This document shows, one piece after another, positions 44,156 through 56,300 of a stretch of 64,000 nucleotides of DNA. The stretch comes from TPA_inf: Saccharomyces (taxonomy: Eukaryota), in contig BK006949.2 in the NCBI GenBank assembly GCA_000146045.2, forward strand, positions 672,001 to 736,000. Reading direction: 5' to 3'. A model generated the notes under the pieces. That model did not search any database. It was not told the DNA's origin and worked only from the letters and a program-made list of their open reading frames with translations. Within the stretch, counting starts at the first letter, position 1; each line of letters starts with the position of its first letter. The position numbers and the translations under genes were made by a program.

Positions 44156-46468
44156 TCACAGTTTGGGCTCTCGCTGTTCTTCAAATTCTAAATCTTGCTT
44201 GAAAAAGCCGTCATTAAAACGATTCTGAGAGGTCTTCTTAACAAAAGCTTGAGAGCTTTCAAGTTTTGAAGCTTTCACATGGGGATCACCATTTTTGAGC
44301 GAATTCTGAGAATCATTTGAGGATACAGAAAACTTTCTATTTTCTTTGTTCGCAAACATCTTTGAAGCATTCATATTTGAAGCCGACGGTGGAACTGGAA
44401 AATTCTCAGTGTCTTTTTCCTTCCTGCCTTCTAGTTTTGGAGATAGTGTATTTAACGGTTGTGAAGGCCTTCTTGGTACTGGTCTCCTATTAGAAATCAT
44501 TTTTGGATTGGATGTAAGGATAGGATTATCTGATTCTCTCTCATCTGCTGAATCGTCATTTTTCTTATCTTGAACATCTATTTCATCCATATCTTCGGTG
44601 TCACTCGAATTACCAACATTATCCTTATACCATCTACCGATTTTCTTGATTGAATTCTTGAAGTATTTCCTTGACTTGGTAGAATTTTCAGAACTGGAAA
44701 CATCATCATTAGTCGCGGTTGTGACTGTTGTCTGGGTTGTAGTTTTCGTTGCCACTCCAGATGCGTCAACAAGATCTTTTAGGTTTTCTTTCTTTCTCTC
44801 TGGCCTTAAGGCTTTTTTGATTCGACTCTGGGTTTTCATTCCGCCCTCTTGAAGTGCTTCTAAGTGTTCCTTAGCACTAGTATTATTCATATCTGAGGCT
44901 GCCGCAGCAGTGCGAGCCCTCGCCGCTGCCTCAGGATCCTGCTCCTCCCAAATACCACCTCTGTATACTTCATTAGGTGTTGGATAAAAAACAATATCAT
45001 CCATAAACGGTACAACTAGGGACTCCTTCACGGCTTCGGCAAACTTACTCTTTATAGCGTTAGTAACGACGTTGTATGATAATTTACTTGAACTGACAAT
45101 GGGCTCAATTTCAAAATCCATTATAGGTTCGGTGCGAAAAGCATACCAAATTCTGTTAGATGGAGGTGGTTTGATTAAAAATAAAAGTGGACCGGAAAAT
45201 TCTTTAATTTTTATGGACAACTGCAAAGAAACCTCCCTTTGTTTGAAACGTGATCCCAAGTTAATACTCGCCTTTGTCGCAATAATAATTGTCAAGTTTC
45301 CCCTGTATTGAACGTCGATAGCAATCTTAGTCGAACCCTCAGGAGACAATTCTAATAACTCAGGAGAGGTGAATAATGGAGCACTATCACCCACGTCGAC
45401 CTTTTCAACAACCAAATCATCCAAGAACCCTGGGGTTTTTATTTTATTCAATTTCTTGCAGATTTTCTCATGAATAAACTTATTCAACGTATCAGTTTGT
45501 TGCAGAGAAAGAAATAATCTCCCAAGAAGAGCATTCAGCCACTTAGTAGTTAACTGATTTTCAGTAGAGTTGATATCCTGAATCAATTGTAACATATCCT
45601 TAGTCTTCAAATGAGCTGCGTTAGCTGAAACATTAGGATCCAATAAACCAGTTGAGAGGGAATTACTGTTTTTAGAGGCATTGATCAACTGATAATACCA
45701 ATCTTCTTTGTCCATGTTATTATCGAAATACAAGAAGAACTGATTTGAGCTATGGAATTGTGATTGATATTCATGTGTAGTGTCATTGGTAGAGATGTCA
45801 CCGTTATTCGATTCAGCACTGGTAAGTGGGTCGAAGTGTGGCAGGATAACATTATGGTTTTTAGAGTCTATAGAAACGAGGTCATTCTTGAAAATAGCAA
45901 TACAAGTTCTCTTAGTGAAAAGCGAGGCATCTGGCAATTCTTCCTTACCCAGTTCATCGAAACGGGGCCAAATGGTGATAAATCTGTTTTGTAAAGATAT
46001 AGCATGGACCAAATTTGCATTTTGAGAATCGTCTTTATACAAAAACAAATTTCCATGTCTTAATACTGCAAAAAACCTTTGTTTTTTCTTCAAGTCTGTT
46101 CTTTGCAAGATTTGCTCTTGAAGTGCAGTGTCTGAATCTTTATTATTATTAGAATTCTTCAAAATTACAGCCACTTCTGAAGAATGATAATAATATTGCT
46201 TAGTGACGGTGATCCAACCCTTGTTAAAAACTTTGACACCTAATTGCTCTTCTAGCTTGCGTGCTTTAAACTCTGGGTCTATATCGCGAGCCAGAAGTCT
46301 GGTTTTCTCATCAATTTCGTCTGCTGTATCATGATCTAGCTCCTTCTTCGATGCCGATTTAAGGTTACTGTACAATAAATGGATTTTATAGAGGGTGAAA
46401 AGGACCAAAGGCAAAAATGTGATACCGCCAAGCAAGTAAACTGCGAGAAATACCTTCAAGCTAGCCAT
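44156..46468 (-). CDS. NVJ2: nucleus-vacuole junction / ER lipid-transfer protein Nvj2 (770 aa)
   Basis: N-terminal TM anchor (LAVYLLGGITFLPLVLFTLYKI), then PH-like and SMP regions. 770 aa. YPR091C. Confidence 0.85.
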   Translation of the reverse strand: MASLKVFLAVYLLGGITFLPLVLFTLYKIHLLYSNLKSASKKELDHDTADEIDEKTRLLARDIDPEFKARKLEEQLGVKVFNKGWITVTKQYYYHSSEVAVILKNSNNNKDSDTALQEQILQRTDLKKKQRFFAVLRHGNLFLYKDDSQNANLVHAISLQNRFITIWPRFDELGKEELPDASLFTKRTCIAIFKNDLVSIDSKNHNVILPHFDPLTSAESNNGDISTNDTTHEYQSQFHSSNQFFLYFDNNMDKEDWYYQLINASKNSNSLSTGLLDPNVSANAAHLKTKDMLQLIQDINSTENQLTTKWLNALLGRLFLSLQQTDTLNKFIHEKICKKLNKIKTPGFLDDLVVEKVDVGDSAPLFTSPELLELSPEGSTKIAIDVQYRGNLTIIIATKASINLGSRFKQREVSLQLSIKIKEFSGPLLFLIKPPPSNRIWYAFRTEPIMDFEIEPIVSSSKLSYNVVTNAIKSKFAEAVKESLVVPFMDDIVFYPTPNEVYRGGIWEEQDPEAAARARTAAAASDMNNTSAKEHLEALQEGGMKTQSRIKKALRPERKKENLKDLVDASGVATKTTTQTTVTTATNDDVSSSENSTKSRKYFKNSIKKIGRWYKDNVGNSSDTEDMDEIDVQDKKNDDSADERESDNPILTSNPKMISNRRPVPRRPSQPLNTLSPKLEGRKEKDTENFPVPPSASNMNASKMFANKENRKFSVSSNDSQNSLKNGDPHVKASKLESSQAFVKKTSQNRFNDGFFKQDLEFEEQREPKL

Positions 46469-47557
46469 TATGGTCTTTTAATGCTACTTTTCTCTTGCTG
46501 TTCTGCTCTTCGATGTGTTCAAAACCCTTTCTCCTGGTTATTATACAAGAGGGATTTACGGAGAAAACTTAAGTGGGAGAAAACTGAAAAATGTGCCATA
46601 CCAATTAGGTGCAAAAATGAAAGATCTAAAGGGAAGAGAACCAAGAGTTATTTAAAGGGCTACATAGGGTGCAAGATTAGTTAGGTTGTAGAACTAGTTT
46701 TTCAGAGTCATTAAATCAGTTATTTTTTATTTTGTAGTCATCAATTAGCCCCTTCGTTAAAGAGACCAATCTAGTACAGTGTGAATATAAAAAAATCATC
46801 ATAATAAACTAGTCCGCAACAGTCTCTTTTATCATCCAAATCAACTGATAAGGAATAAATTGAAATAAGAAACAAATTTCCGAAAAAATCAGATGTCTTG
46901 TGACCAATCATCAATTCTCCACTAAAGAACCATAATGCCATCAACATCGCTCCTTTAAAAAATTTGTACACAAAAGAACGATGAGAGTAGACGGCGACCC
47001 TTTAACAGATACTAATATGTCCGCCCGGTCGACAACAAATCATCATATCAAAAGGAAAATTAAAAATTCCATTGCAGGCATGAAAAAGATAATAATGAAA
47101 GATAAATGCTTTCTTTTCTTCCCTTCCGTGGCACCCCTCATACAAGGCTGAAACTTAACGAAAAAGGGTTGTCGACATGTAGTTAAACCACTATTCAGTC
47201 GGAACAATTGGTATATGATTAATAATTTTTAATCATAGGGGAGTCACACAGAAAGAAAATGGAAAAAGAAAAAAGGAACTCATATATTATCTCTTCCAAG
47301 GGACCTACTGGTCGCTTAATCTGCCTCTTTGTAGTGCAGTAGCACTCACAATGGTGCTATATTTGAGTTTGTTCAACTGTTTTCTATTGAAGACGAAGAA
47401 GCAAACAAAGGAAGATGTGAAAAAAAAATTCTATGGGTCAAACTTGTGCTTTTATACGTCGTACGAGAGATGGGTCACCCGCTTCTGAGGGTTTTTTTTA
47501 GGGCTCATACTAGAGTATTATACTGTTTATATCTTGTTTTAATGTTATATTGCATTA

Positions 47558-48424
47558 CTACTCATCATGACAGTAAATTAGGAGTTCTGTGTGCACTCCA
47601 GTTCGGGCTAAAGAGTCGTAATCGTACTGGTCAGGCAGGTACTTGTTGTCAGAGAGACGGTACAACTTGCGGGATACTTGCTTGTTGACGTGCTTGTAGG
47701 CATCCTTGAAGCGCAGCAGAGGCAGTGGGTACCGGTCCAGTGCTCGTCGCACGTGCATCTGGATTTTGTGCTTGGCATTCCGTATCTGTTCATACATCTG
47801 CTGTGTCTTGACGCTGTGCTTGTCCCGTAACTCACCAGCAAAAATCATGGAATTCCTGGAATCGTAGCTAGCAAGTTGGCTACTGATAGCACCCATGCGC
47901 AGCTCGAGCAATGCATTTGATCTACAATCTGTGCACTCCTGCCACGTATTGCGATCGCCCACCTCACAAGCTAGCCCGCGTAGACATGTTTCGTGATATA
48001 TTGCTTCGCAGTCTTGGCAATACAGGCTTAATCGAGAAACATCTGTGTCTCCGCATATGCTGCACTGAATTATCTTAATGGTATCCATCACCAGCGTACC
48101 TCTAAGCCTTTCGCTGAGAAATTCTATTTCTTGGTCTTGCTCCCCTGTATCGTCCTCATTTCTTTCGTTAGTTGTTTCGGCCCCCACATAATCGATAGCA
48201 TTCTTAATCATAAACCCCATCTTCAAATTTATAGAAAGTGCATGTTGCCCTTCGCCAACTTCTAAATGGGTGGATTCAACCCTGCAGATGGGGCACTTCA
48301 AGTTGATACTATACTTGTGCCACTCTCTTATACAGTTTAAGTGGAATTTATGCCCGCAAACGTTCAAACATCCAAATTGTTCACCCTCTTGGTCATCTGC
48401 CAAACAAATAGGACACTCTTCCAT
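47558..48424 (-). CDS. ASR1: RING/PHD-finger ubiquitin ligase Asr1 (288 aa)
   Basis: RING motif [48 protein letters not shown] plus a second Cys-rich finger. The start is taken at the internal ATG 48424, giving 288 aa. YPR093C. Confidence 0.85.
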
Positions 48425-48636
48425 CTTTTTATATGATATTTGGATATTTGGCTGAGGGTATGGTCTCTCCCTTGGCTCAACTCCTTGCATCTTTTTTTCT
48501 ATTTTTTTTTCTCACTTTCTGTTCTTCCATATATGCATTACTTGCCATATTTCTCACTTACTAAGGCATTCAACATAGAAAATGAAGATGGATACAAAAA
48601 AGATCCACACACATACAAGCCTCCAACAAAAAAAAC

Positions 48637-48960
48637 ATGTCCCGCCATCAGTTTGATCTAATAATGTGCCTAAAGCAGCCTGGTGTACAGACAGGTCTTC
48701 TTTGTGAAAAATGTGATGGCAAATGTCCTATCTGCGACTCTTATGTAAGGCCCAAAAGGAAAGTTAGAGTATGTGAAAACTGTTCGTTTGGTAAACAAGC
48801 TAAAAATTGTATAATTTGTAATCTAAATGTTGGAGTCAATGACGCATTCTATTGTTGGGAGTGCTGCCGCTTAGGTAAAGATAAAGATGGCTGTCCTAGG
48901 ATCTTAAACCTTGGCAGCAATAGACTGGATAGACATTTCGAGAAAAAGAAAAAGGTATAA
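48637..48960 (+). CDS. RDS3: SF3b complex zinc-cluster protein Rds3 (107 aa)
   Basis: PHF5-like Cys-rich protein MSRHQFDLIMCLKQPGVQTGLLCEKCDGKCPICDSYV... 107 aa. YPR094W. Confidence 0.93.
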   Translation: MSRHQFDLIMCLKQPGVQTGLLCEKCDGKCPICDSYVRPKRKVRVCENCSFGKQAKNCIICNLNVGVNDAFYCWECCRLGKDKDGCPRILNLGSNRLDRHFEKKKKV

Positions 48961-49036
48961 CACATACATATAGAATATGTAAAAATATATAAATAAATAA
49001 CATGCATTTATAACCCATGGTACTATTTTCTTCCCC

Positions 49037-52000
49037 TTATTCGTTACTATATTCGTCGTAACTACTGTCGCTCACGCACACTTGCAAACTGTTCTCGTTG
49101 AATAAGAAGCTTTCCTCTATATCATCTATACCATCACTATCGTCGTTATTGCCTTGCCCCTCCTCTTCTCCTTTACCATGCTCTAAGATATTCTTTTCAG
49201 CCTGCTTGCGAGTCACTTCTTTTATGATACTTACAAACAGCTCGCTTCTCTTAATTTCGTAGATTAACCAGTCCATTCTGACAGCCAGCTGTCTTATGCG
49301 GTTTATCATATCTGTCTTAGTCTTTGTGCTAATAGGAACACATTTTCCCATAAGCATCAGAGTGCTTTCAAATTTTTTCAATTTCTCCCATTTGGCTGAT
49401 TTTATAGACCTAAGTCTTTCCATCCTCTGCAAAATGGTAAGCTTTCTCTTATTACAAATAGTGTTTGCTATACTACCAATTTCCACATAGCATCCGTCAT
49501 ATGCTGAAAATAGATTGATAGAATCGATCCAGTTGTCCCTTTCATACTTATTAGCACATTTCCAGATAAAATTTCGATGACATGTATGTAAGTATAATAG
49601 ACAATCGGCATTTTCGTCTTCGAAAATCGGATACTCGTCCTTAATGGAATGATAATCTTCATTACTGTCATTTGAACTGAGTTGATTATCTGAACTAGAA
49701 ACACTATCGTTGTCACTCTCGCCGTTACTCACACTGCTCGTACCATCAGTAGAATTCGTTATGCTATCCTCTTCATCTGAAGATGGCTCGAAGACTCCTT
49801 CATTGTGTTTGGCGGAGCTACTTGCTGCAGTTGTGTTGCTTGTATGACTCCCAGTAGAATGATGCTCTGTATACGCAAGTACCAAACTTGCGAAATGAGA
49901 TTTCCCAAGTGAATCTCGCTCCCTATCAGCAAATAAACCGTTATACACGTCAATCGTACTTCCCGGAACAAAAGAAAATCCTGATTTAAAATCAATTATA
50001 TAGTTTGTAGTTCCTGATTTTGGGTCCTTCATCATCTGTGGATTTATCCAGTCCATTTTATCGCAGATCAAAAGCCCCAATGATGTTAATATGGCAAATT
50101 CCTTTTTCCAATGAATTTTAGCGGAGTTAACAATAGAAAATTTTCTACTGGGCATCCCCAAATTCATTATTGCTCCCATTTGAAGGATTTTGCAATACTT
50201 ATAATCGGAGTTCTTGCATCCAGACCGGCTATTATCATTCAATATTTCAAAATTAGGTAAATTCAGTTTATTCAATTGACTTTTGTGAAAGCGTAAATAC
50301 CCACCTTTAGTATCATTCATAATACTATAATATTTTTCGTATTTATGTTCTTCATTTCTCAACAAATTTGCCTTCAGAGCATTCTTATTCCAATATTTTG
50401 AGACTTCTGGAAATAGATTTACTTCATTTAATGTATCATTTATAATGTGCGAATAAACGTTAATGTCATCTTGAACTAACGTAGCATTTCCGCTAGAACT
50501 AGAGCTTGGATTATATGAAAAATAAGACGATATTGAGTTAGAAGCCGGTCTATTGCTATTACTGTTAGCCGTTCCGAGGTTGGCCCCGTTTATAGTACCC
50601 GACGTACTTGGTGGGCAAGAAGCCGCCGTAGATGGGGCAATACCAGATGCACTAATTGAATTCGTTAGCGGATAAAAGATTGGGGAAAGGGAAGCTTCCT
50701 TGGGTATTATACTCCCCCTTTTTATCATGTCTATGGGAGAATACATCGAATTCGAAGATAATGTGATAGCAAAATTTGTGTCAAATGCATCTTTATCAAG
50801 GATGCTATCGTCCAACGCCATTGGTGACATCAAAAAGTAATTAAATTTCGGCGACTCTTTGGCTGTCACATTCTCATAAAAATATGTCAAAACGGCCATA
50901 GGGATCTCATTACCTCCTGAGTATTTGTCATTATGGACTAAATCCACGAAATCATGCTTTGTCATTTTGCTTTTATTGTTGGGGTTAAAGTAATCAGTGT
51001 GCAACATTAGTAAGGAAAATGCAATAAAATACACCTGGTCTGCATTAGACCAGGGGCACTCAATTCCTTTTTTCTTAGAATAGCTCTTTTGGGCCTTATA
51101 GTATGCAAAGCTAAAAGCCATTATCAATCTATCAATTTGCTGCGTCTCCTTTGGAAGCTCTAAAAACATCAACAATTTCCTCAGGGCAATATCTAAAGGG
51201 TCATTTTTAAATTCGAAGCAATTCGTTAATAGGTAGTTTAAACAATTTTTTTTGAACTCATCATCTTTTTCCGTTAAAATGATCCCAATGAACTTTCCGT
51301 AGGGCGCTAATTTAATCAAGAAGTCCTTACAAGAATCACTAAATTCAGGCGCGGGAACCGGTGGTAGATCTTCCAGCGAGACATCCAGTTTTTGTTGTAG
51401 CTGCTGTTGTTGTTGAAGGTGCTGTTGCCTAGAGGATGATAAACTGGAGGAGCGAAGGTTAACAAAACTACTTAAAGCATTCACAATTGAGCTACTTCTT
51501 CTTGACATTCCAGTAATAGTTGAATTGGCATTGCTTTTATTGTTGTAAACTGAAGTAGGGCCTGATCCATGAGGTAGGCCCAATTTGTTATGGTAGCCTT
51601 CATCTTCAATTGATTTTCTCTTGCCGCCCTTGCCTTGAACAAAAGACGTACTTTGAGATCGAGACCTTGATAAAACCTGATGGTCTGGGTGACTTGCTTC
51701 CGCTCCATCTGTATCATTGCTTATAATATTGGCATCATCGGGCAAAAGAGGTCCGCGGGATCCCATGGGGTCTTGCATAAGAGAATTTGTATTTTTCTCG
51801 TCAATAGTCCTAATAAAAGAAGATGGAGAGAGTGGCGGTTTGTTCTTTGCTGTATTGTTTTTGTTAATATAGTCAAATACGTCAACAGTTCTACTGCGCC
51901 TTCTTCCGAACCTCCTTTTGGAGATCTCATCTTGTTGTTTTGCCAATTCAATTTGAGGAGTTGCATCAAGTGGTATTGCGTGCAGCGAATTGAATTTTAT

Positions 52001-52717
52001 TGACGACGACGATGATGATGATGATGCAACAACAGCTCTTTTGGACGGATTGAAATATCTTGAAGCCGCTGTAGAGGAACCGACGGAAGAAGATGTCGAT
52101 ATCCTACTCACAGTAGGAAGAGTAGGAACTAATCTATCACCGTTAAACAGGGTAGGCTCTTGTGATTTTCTGTAATCTCTTGACAATCTATTAGAAGAAG
52201 GAAATTTTTCTAGAGCAGGTTTCACAGGAATGAATGGGGCGTGTTTTGAATTTCTCTTTACGTTATCAGACCCGGAGCTAGTAAGCGTGACTCTCTCACC
52301 ATCGGGCTTGGGAACTTTCTCTATCGAATCTATGTTGTTTTCTGATTTGAAAGGCATTTCTTCAGGATCTTGTCCATTACGGAGGTGTTGTGCAACCAAG
52401 ATTTCATCATCTTCAGAACCCTTTTCATTGGCTGACCTGAAATTCAAGTCTAACCTACCCATCTTACGCCGTATCCTGCTTAGTTTGCTGTGTTTTTTTG
52501 TGGGCTCGCATTCTTTTACATCAAGTTTATCGTCGTCATTATTAGTGTGTTCCTGTATTTCTGCGAGTTGAAGAAAAGGACTTCTATAACTTTCCGACTC
52601 TCTTAATTTATCTATGCCTGTTGAAACATTGCTTCCGCCCTTTTTGTTGCCATTTTTATCGTTACTGTGTGATTGAAGGAATTTAAGCTTAATCAACGAA
52701 GAAATAGACTGATTCAT
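49037..52717 (-). CDS. SYT1: Arf guanine-nucleotide exchange factor with a Sec7 domain, Syt1 (1226 aa)
   Basis: Sec7-domain region followed by a PH-like region. 1226 aa. YPR095C. Confidence 0.85.
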   Translation of the reverse strand: MNQSISSLIKLKFLQSHSNDKNGNKKGGSNVSTGIDKLRESESYRSPFLQLAEIQEHTNNDDDKLDVKECEPTKKHSKLSRIRRKMGRLDLNFRSANEKGSEDDEILVAQHLRNGQDPEEMPFKSENNIDSIEKVPKPDGERVTLTSSGSDNVKRNSKHAPFIPVKPALEKFPSSNRLSRDYRKSQEPTLFNGDRLVPTLPTVSRISTSSSVGSSTAASRYFNPSKRAVVASSSSSSSSIKFNSLHAIPLDATPQIELAKQQDEISKRRFGRRRSRTVDVFDYINKNNTAKNKPPLSPSSFIRTIDEKNTNSLMQDPMGSRGPLLPDDANIISNDTDGAEASHPDHQVLSRSRSQSTSFVQGKGGKRKSIEDEGYHNKLGLPHGSGPTSVYNNKSNANSTITGMSRRSSSIVNALSSFVNLRSSSLSSSRQQHLQQQQQLQQKLDVSLEDLPPVPAPEFSDSCKDFLIKLAPYGKFIGIILTEKDDEFKKNCLNYLLTNCFEFKNDPLDIALRKLLMFLELPKETQQIDRLIMAFSFAYYKAQKSYSKKKGIECPWSNADQVYFIAFSLLMLHTDYFNPNNKSKMTKHDFVDLVHNDKYSGGNEIPMAVLTYFYENVTAKESPKFNYFLMSPMALDDSILDKDAFDTNFAITLSSNSMYSPIDMIKRGSIIPKEASLSPIFYPLTNSISASGIAPSTAASCPPSTSGTINGANLGTANSNSNRPASNSISSYFSYNPSSSSSGNATLVQDDINVYSHIINDTLNEVNLFPEVSKYWNKNALKANLLRNEEHKYEKYYSIMNDTKGGYLRFHKSQLNKLNLPNFEILNDNSRSGCKNSDYKYCKILQMGAIMNLGMPSRKFSIVNSAKIHWKKEFAILTSLGLLICDKMDWINPQMMKDPKSGTTNYIIDFKSGFSFVPGSTIDVYNGLFADRERDSLGKSHFASLVLAYTEHHSTGSHTSNTTAASSSAKHNEGVFEPSSDEEDSITNSTDGTSSVSNGESDNDSVSSSDNQLSSNDSNEDYHSIKDEYPIFEDENADCLLYLHTCHRNFIWKCANKYERDNWIDSINLFSAYDGCYVEIGSIANTICNKRKLTILQRMERLRSIKSAKWEKLKKFESTLMLMGKCVPISTKTKTDMINRIRQLAVRMDWLIYEIKRSELFVSIIKEVTRKQAEKNILEHGKGEEEGQGNNDDSDGIDDIEESFLFNENSLQVCVSDSSYDEYSNE

Positions 52718-52841
52718 TATCTGGCAAGTGTGGATTGAAGAGCTGGTCTGGCGGGAAGTTAGCGAAAATGAAGTTACAATGAGTTGAAACAGAGTAAATA
52801 ATAGGGAGTGGATGCGAGTAACCTTGCGATGTCAAAAGAAT

Positions 52842-53144
52842 TCAAAGTACTATATCTACTGCCTTTCTTTCCACTTGGTGCCTTTTACCCTGAAAGTCTA
52901 ATGAGCAGGTAGTATAAGAGAAGCAGCTTCTGAAGAAGAGTTCTTTGTACAATAAACCGGCCTTGTGGTGCGAGAGAGGCTTGTAATATAGATTATACTG
53001 AAGCCTGTTGAACTTAGCGTCTATTTTCTTTTCGTTCCCTATATCACTTTTCCTAATATTTTCAACATCTCCTTTACGCCAAAAACAAGAAAAAGGACGA
53101 GATGGCCTTGGGTTTTTAATGCTTACGCCTGTTTCGCCTCTCAT
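52842..53144 (-). CDS. YPR096C, small protein of unknown function (100 aa)
   Basis: 100-aa ORF at the position of YPR096C. There is no homology signal beyond that, so the call has low confidence. Confidence 0.5.
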   Translation of the reverse strand: MRGETGVSIKNPRPSRPFSCFWRKGDVENIRKSDIGNEKKIDAKFNRLQYNLYYKPLSHHKAGLLYKELFFRSCFSYTTCSLDFQGKRHQVERKAVDIVL

Positions 53145-53393
53145 AAGACAGATAAATGTACGTTAACCATTTGACAGTTAACTTTTTAGGCGTGAACAAG
53201 GAACGTATTAAAGTGTTTTTCGAATAATTGATCACTTTCTAGCTTTCATTCTTTTTTAAGAGCTACATCCAATTACTGTGCATTGGGCTCTATAAAAAAA
53301 GAAAAACGAACCTTACCTTGTGGTCGGAATTGTGTACTGAAATCAGTGGTTGAAGATAATTGTACTAAAGAATCAAAAATAGACAGTCTTCAA

Positions 53394-56300
53394 ATGATTA
53401 CTCAAGACACTCCTGCTTTAAATCCAACGGAAGAACACTACCTGAAGAGGGAACTGCTTCGATGTCAATTGGATTATGAAATTGGAAAGCTTAACGATCA
53501 GTTTGCTTTGAGAAAGTTCGGTTATCCTTTCTCACCAAACGATCCGACAGCTCCACAGCCTATCTCCAATAACGATTCATCACCAGTGCTCGGTGGCAAA
53601 GGCCATTTTAGCGTTAATTATCCCATGCTGAGTTATGTTTTGCAAGAATTTATATCCACATTTCCTTTACTTTCAACAAATTTGCTAGTTGATGAAAAAT
53701 TCTGGCAGAGTAAGGTTCAAGTGTTCTTTGAACATTTCATGAGTCTTGGGTTTAGTGAAAGTTATGACAGGGAGGAAGCTTCAAAAAGGAAGAAAGTTTC
53801 CAAAAAGCTATCAAAGGTTATCTTGTTGCTCTTTAACTCCGGTGTTGGCTCTTTTCAAGAGCAAGCGTATTATAATGAGGATAAATTCGTTTTACAGTCA
53901 GGCCAAGCGAGAAAACGCTCTAATATTGAGAAATTTGCAATGCCAACTAGAGAAAATTTAGAGAATTTGCTCACTAACGAATCCGTTTTTATTAACGGTT
54001 GGGACGTCAATATTATATCCGTGTTCAATAAGAATTCACGGAAATGTACTGAAAGTGTGGATAATGACAAGTCTAGTAAATCTACTCCAACTTCGAGTCC
54101 CAAAAGCCATGCTATAAAATCATTTGCTTCCACTTCTAAATGGATGAAGAATGCCTTCAACAACACTATTAACAGTACCATAAATAGTATGCCCGAATCC
54201 TCAGCATCTTTATTTTCGAAATTATCCCTTGGCGTGCCTTCAACTAAGAGCAAGCAATCTAGAAAACATCATTATTTCTTGATTAAGATTAAGAAGCAAG
54301 ATGACGACGACCAAGATAACAGCAATGAAGAGAATAGTAATCTTGATCACCATGCTGGTTATTTCTATGTGACAAGAACATACAGCGACTTCAAAAAACT
54401 ATCTCATGATTTAAAATCAGAATTTCCGGGGAAGAAATGTCCGCGCTTACCTCATAGAAATAAAAAAGTGACGTCTATGATAACTAAAACCGAAGTGTTA
54501 CACAATGGGCAAACTAAATCAGCAGCCAGGGAAAAAATCGTCAACACTTTTGACACTGATTTACAATCTGCATCAGAGTCTGATAATTCTTCATTTTTAC
54601 AGACAACGAATGAATTATCTGCTACAGAAACAGTACTCACAGAAAAAGAAACTGAAACGTTGAGAAAAAATATTCTAAATGAGATCAAGGAAGAAGATAA
54701 TATTGATGAGGACGAGTATGAGGAAGAAGGTGAAGGTGAAGAAAGTGATTTTGATGAATATAAAGATGCATCCGATTCAAAAATCAATACTTTGGTGGGT
54801 GAAAAAATGAGAACTTCATTAAGACAATATTTAAGGACTTTGTGTAAAGATGCAGAGGTTTCTCAAAGCTCATCTATTCGTCGCTTCTTCCTAAGTGGGC
54901 CTAATTTAGATATTAAGGACATAAATCCGAAAATAGCAGATGACATTAGAAACAGGGCTCTGATAGATGTAAGTAATTTGGAGAACCAAATACGTTTCCA
55001 ACAGATGGCGTTAGAAAAGTCTTTAAAGCTGCAAGACTCAATGAAAGATTTCAAAACATCCCTGTTAAAAGATGAAAAATACTTGATGAGTCTACTAGTA
55101 GAAATCAAGGACAATACGAAAGTTGAAGACCTGTCACCACTTTTACAAGACTTTGTGGAATGGTGTAAGATTTATATTTCCTCAATGATTTATCAAATGT
55201 TTCTGGGTAACGATAACAGTTATGAACTCTATACACAAATAAGACGGTTACATAAGCTTATGCCGTACACAGTAATGGGACAGATCATGAAATTTACTAA
55301 TCCAATAGCGATCATGAGGGGTATGATTGAATTATTTATGGCACAACCCTTCGGTGGTCATTCGCTCCTTCAAACAATGTTTTCTACGATATTAACAGAT
55401 GATTTGAAAACTCAAAAGGTAGCTATAAAGGAATTAGAAAGGAAAATTGCTGAGATGGACCCGGGCGCTTCAGTTGTGACTAAATGCTTGAAGGATTTTG
55501 TCTTTAATAATGATACTAAGGATGAGCATGATACTAAACTCTTTACTATGGACGCAGTAAATGCAGAATCCGAATCCATGAACATGCCTGTACCATTGAT
55601 AGTATTAATGAAAAGTGCAGCTGCAAATCTAATTCCAGACGAGGTTGTCGCGGGACTTATTGAATCCTATTCATCATGGAAACTGCAAAAAGAAGACACG
55701 GATGCCTTGAATGTAACCAGCGAAGATCAGTCAGGTATTTATTTCACACACGTCAAAGATTTATGGCAATTGTATATTAAAGAACATGATAAACAGCTAA
55801 TGAGGCAGCTATGGCAAGATCCTGAGTTAACCCAAATGCTAAAGGCAATTGTCACTATGATTTACGAACCTATGGTCAAGATCTTCAAAGTTGCAAGGAT
55901 GGATGTTGCTTTGAAAAATTTTGAGAAGTTCATGAGTGATTTGATCAGGCTTGTTGATGATGTTATCAATGGTCAGTTGGGCGTTTCCACACAGTTCGAT
56001 GTCGTGGAAGAAATCCATAACTTAGTAACCAAACATCAAGATGCCTTTTTTGAGTTTATTCATGATGTATATTTGAACGATTCAGAGGGCATTTTTGAAG
56101 GTTTTATTACTTGGATTACTACGATAGTGAAATTTTTGCAAAAGAGTAAATTCGGAGGACCGAGTGAAAGGATCGACTTCAATAAGTTAATTTGTAGAGA
56201 TGATATCGATATTGATGTCAAACTTTTGAAAGTTCAAGTTAATAATGTTCTTAATAAAAAGATTGGTGCGAGAAAAATCTATAAGAAGTTGTTAGATTTG

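Noticed and set aside
46379-46684. 101-aa plus-strand ORF overlapping the NVJ2 start (YPR092W-like)
   Set aside because: Overlaps the NVJ2 5' end and promoter. No recognisable features.
46469-47557. Possible ARS consensus (WTTTAYRTTTW) in the 1.1-kb NVJ2-ASR1 interval, and at 58420-58440
   Set aside because: Only 9-10/11 matches were found by eye. Without a proper PWM scan and B-element context I cannot support an ARS call.
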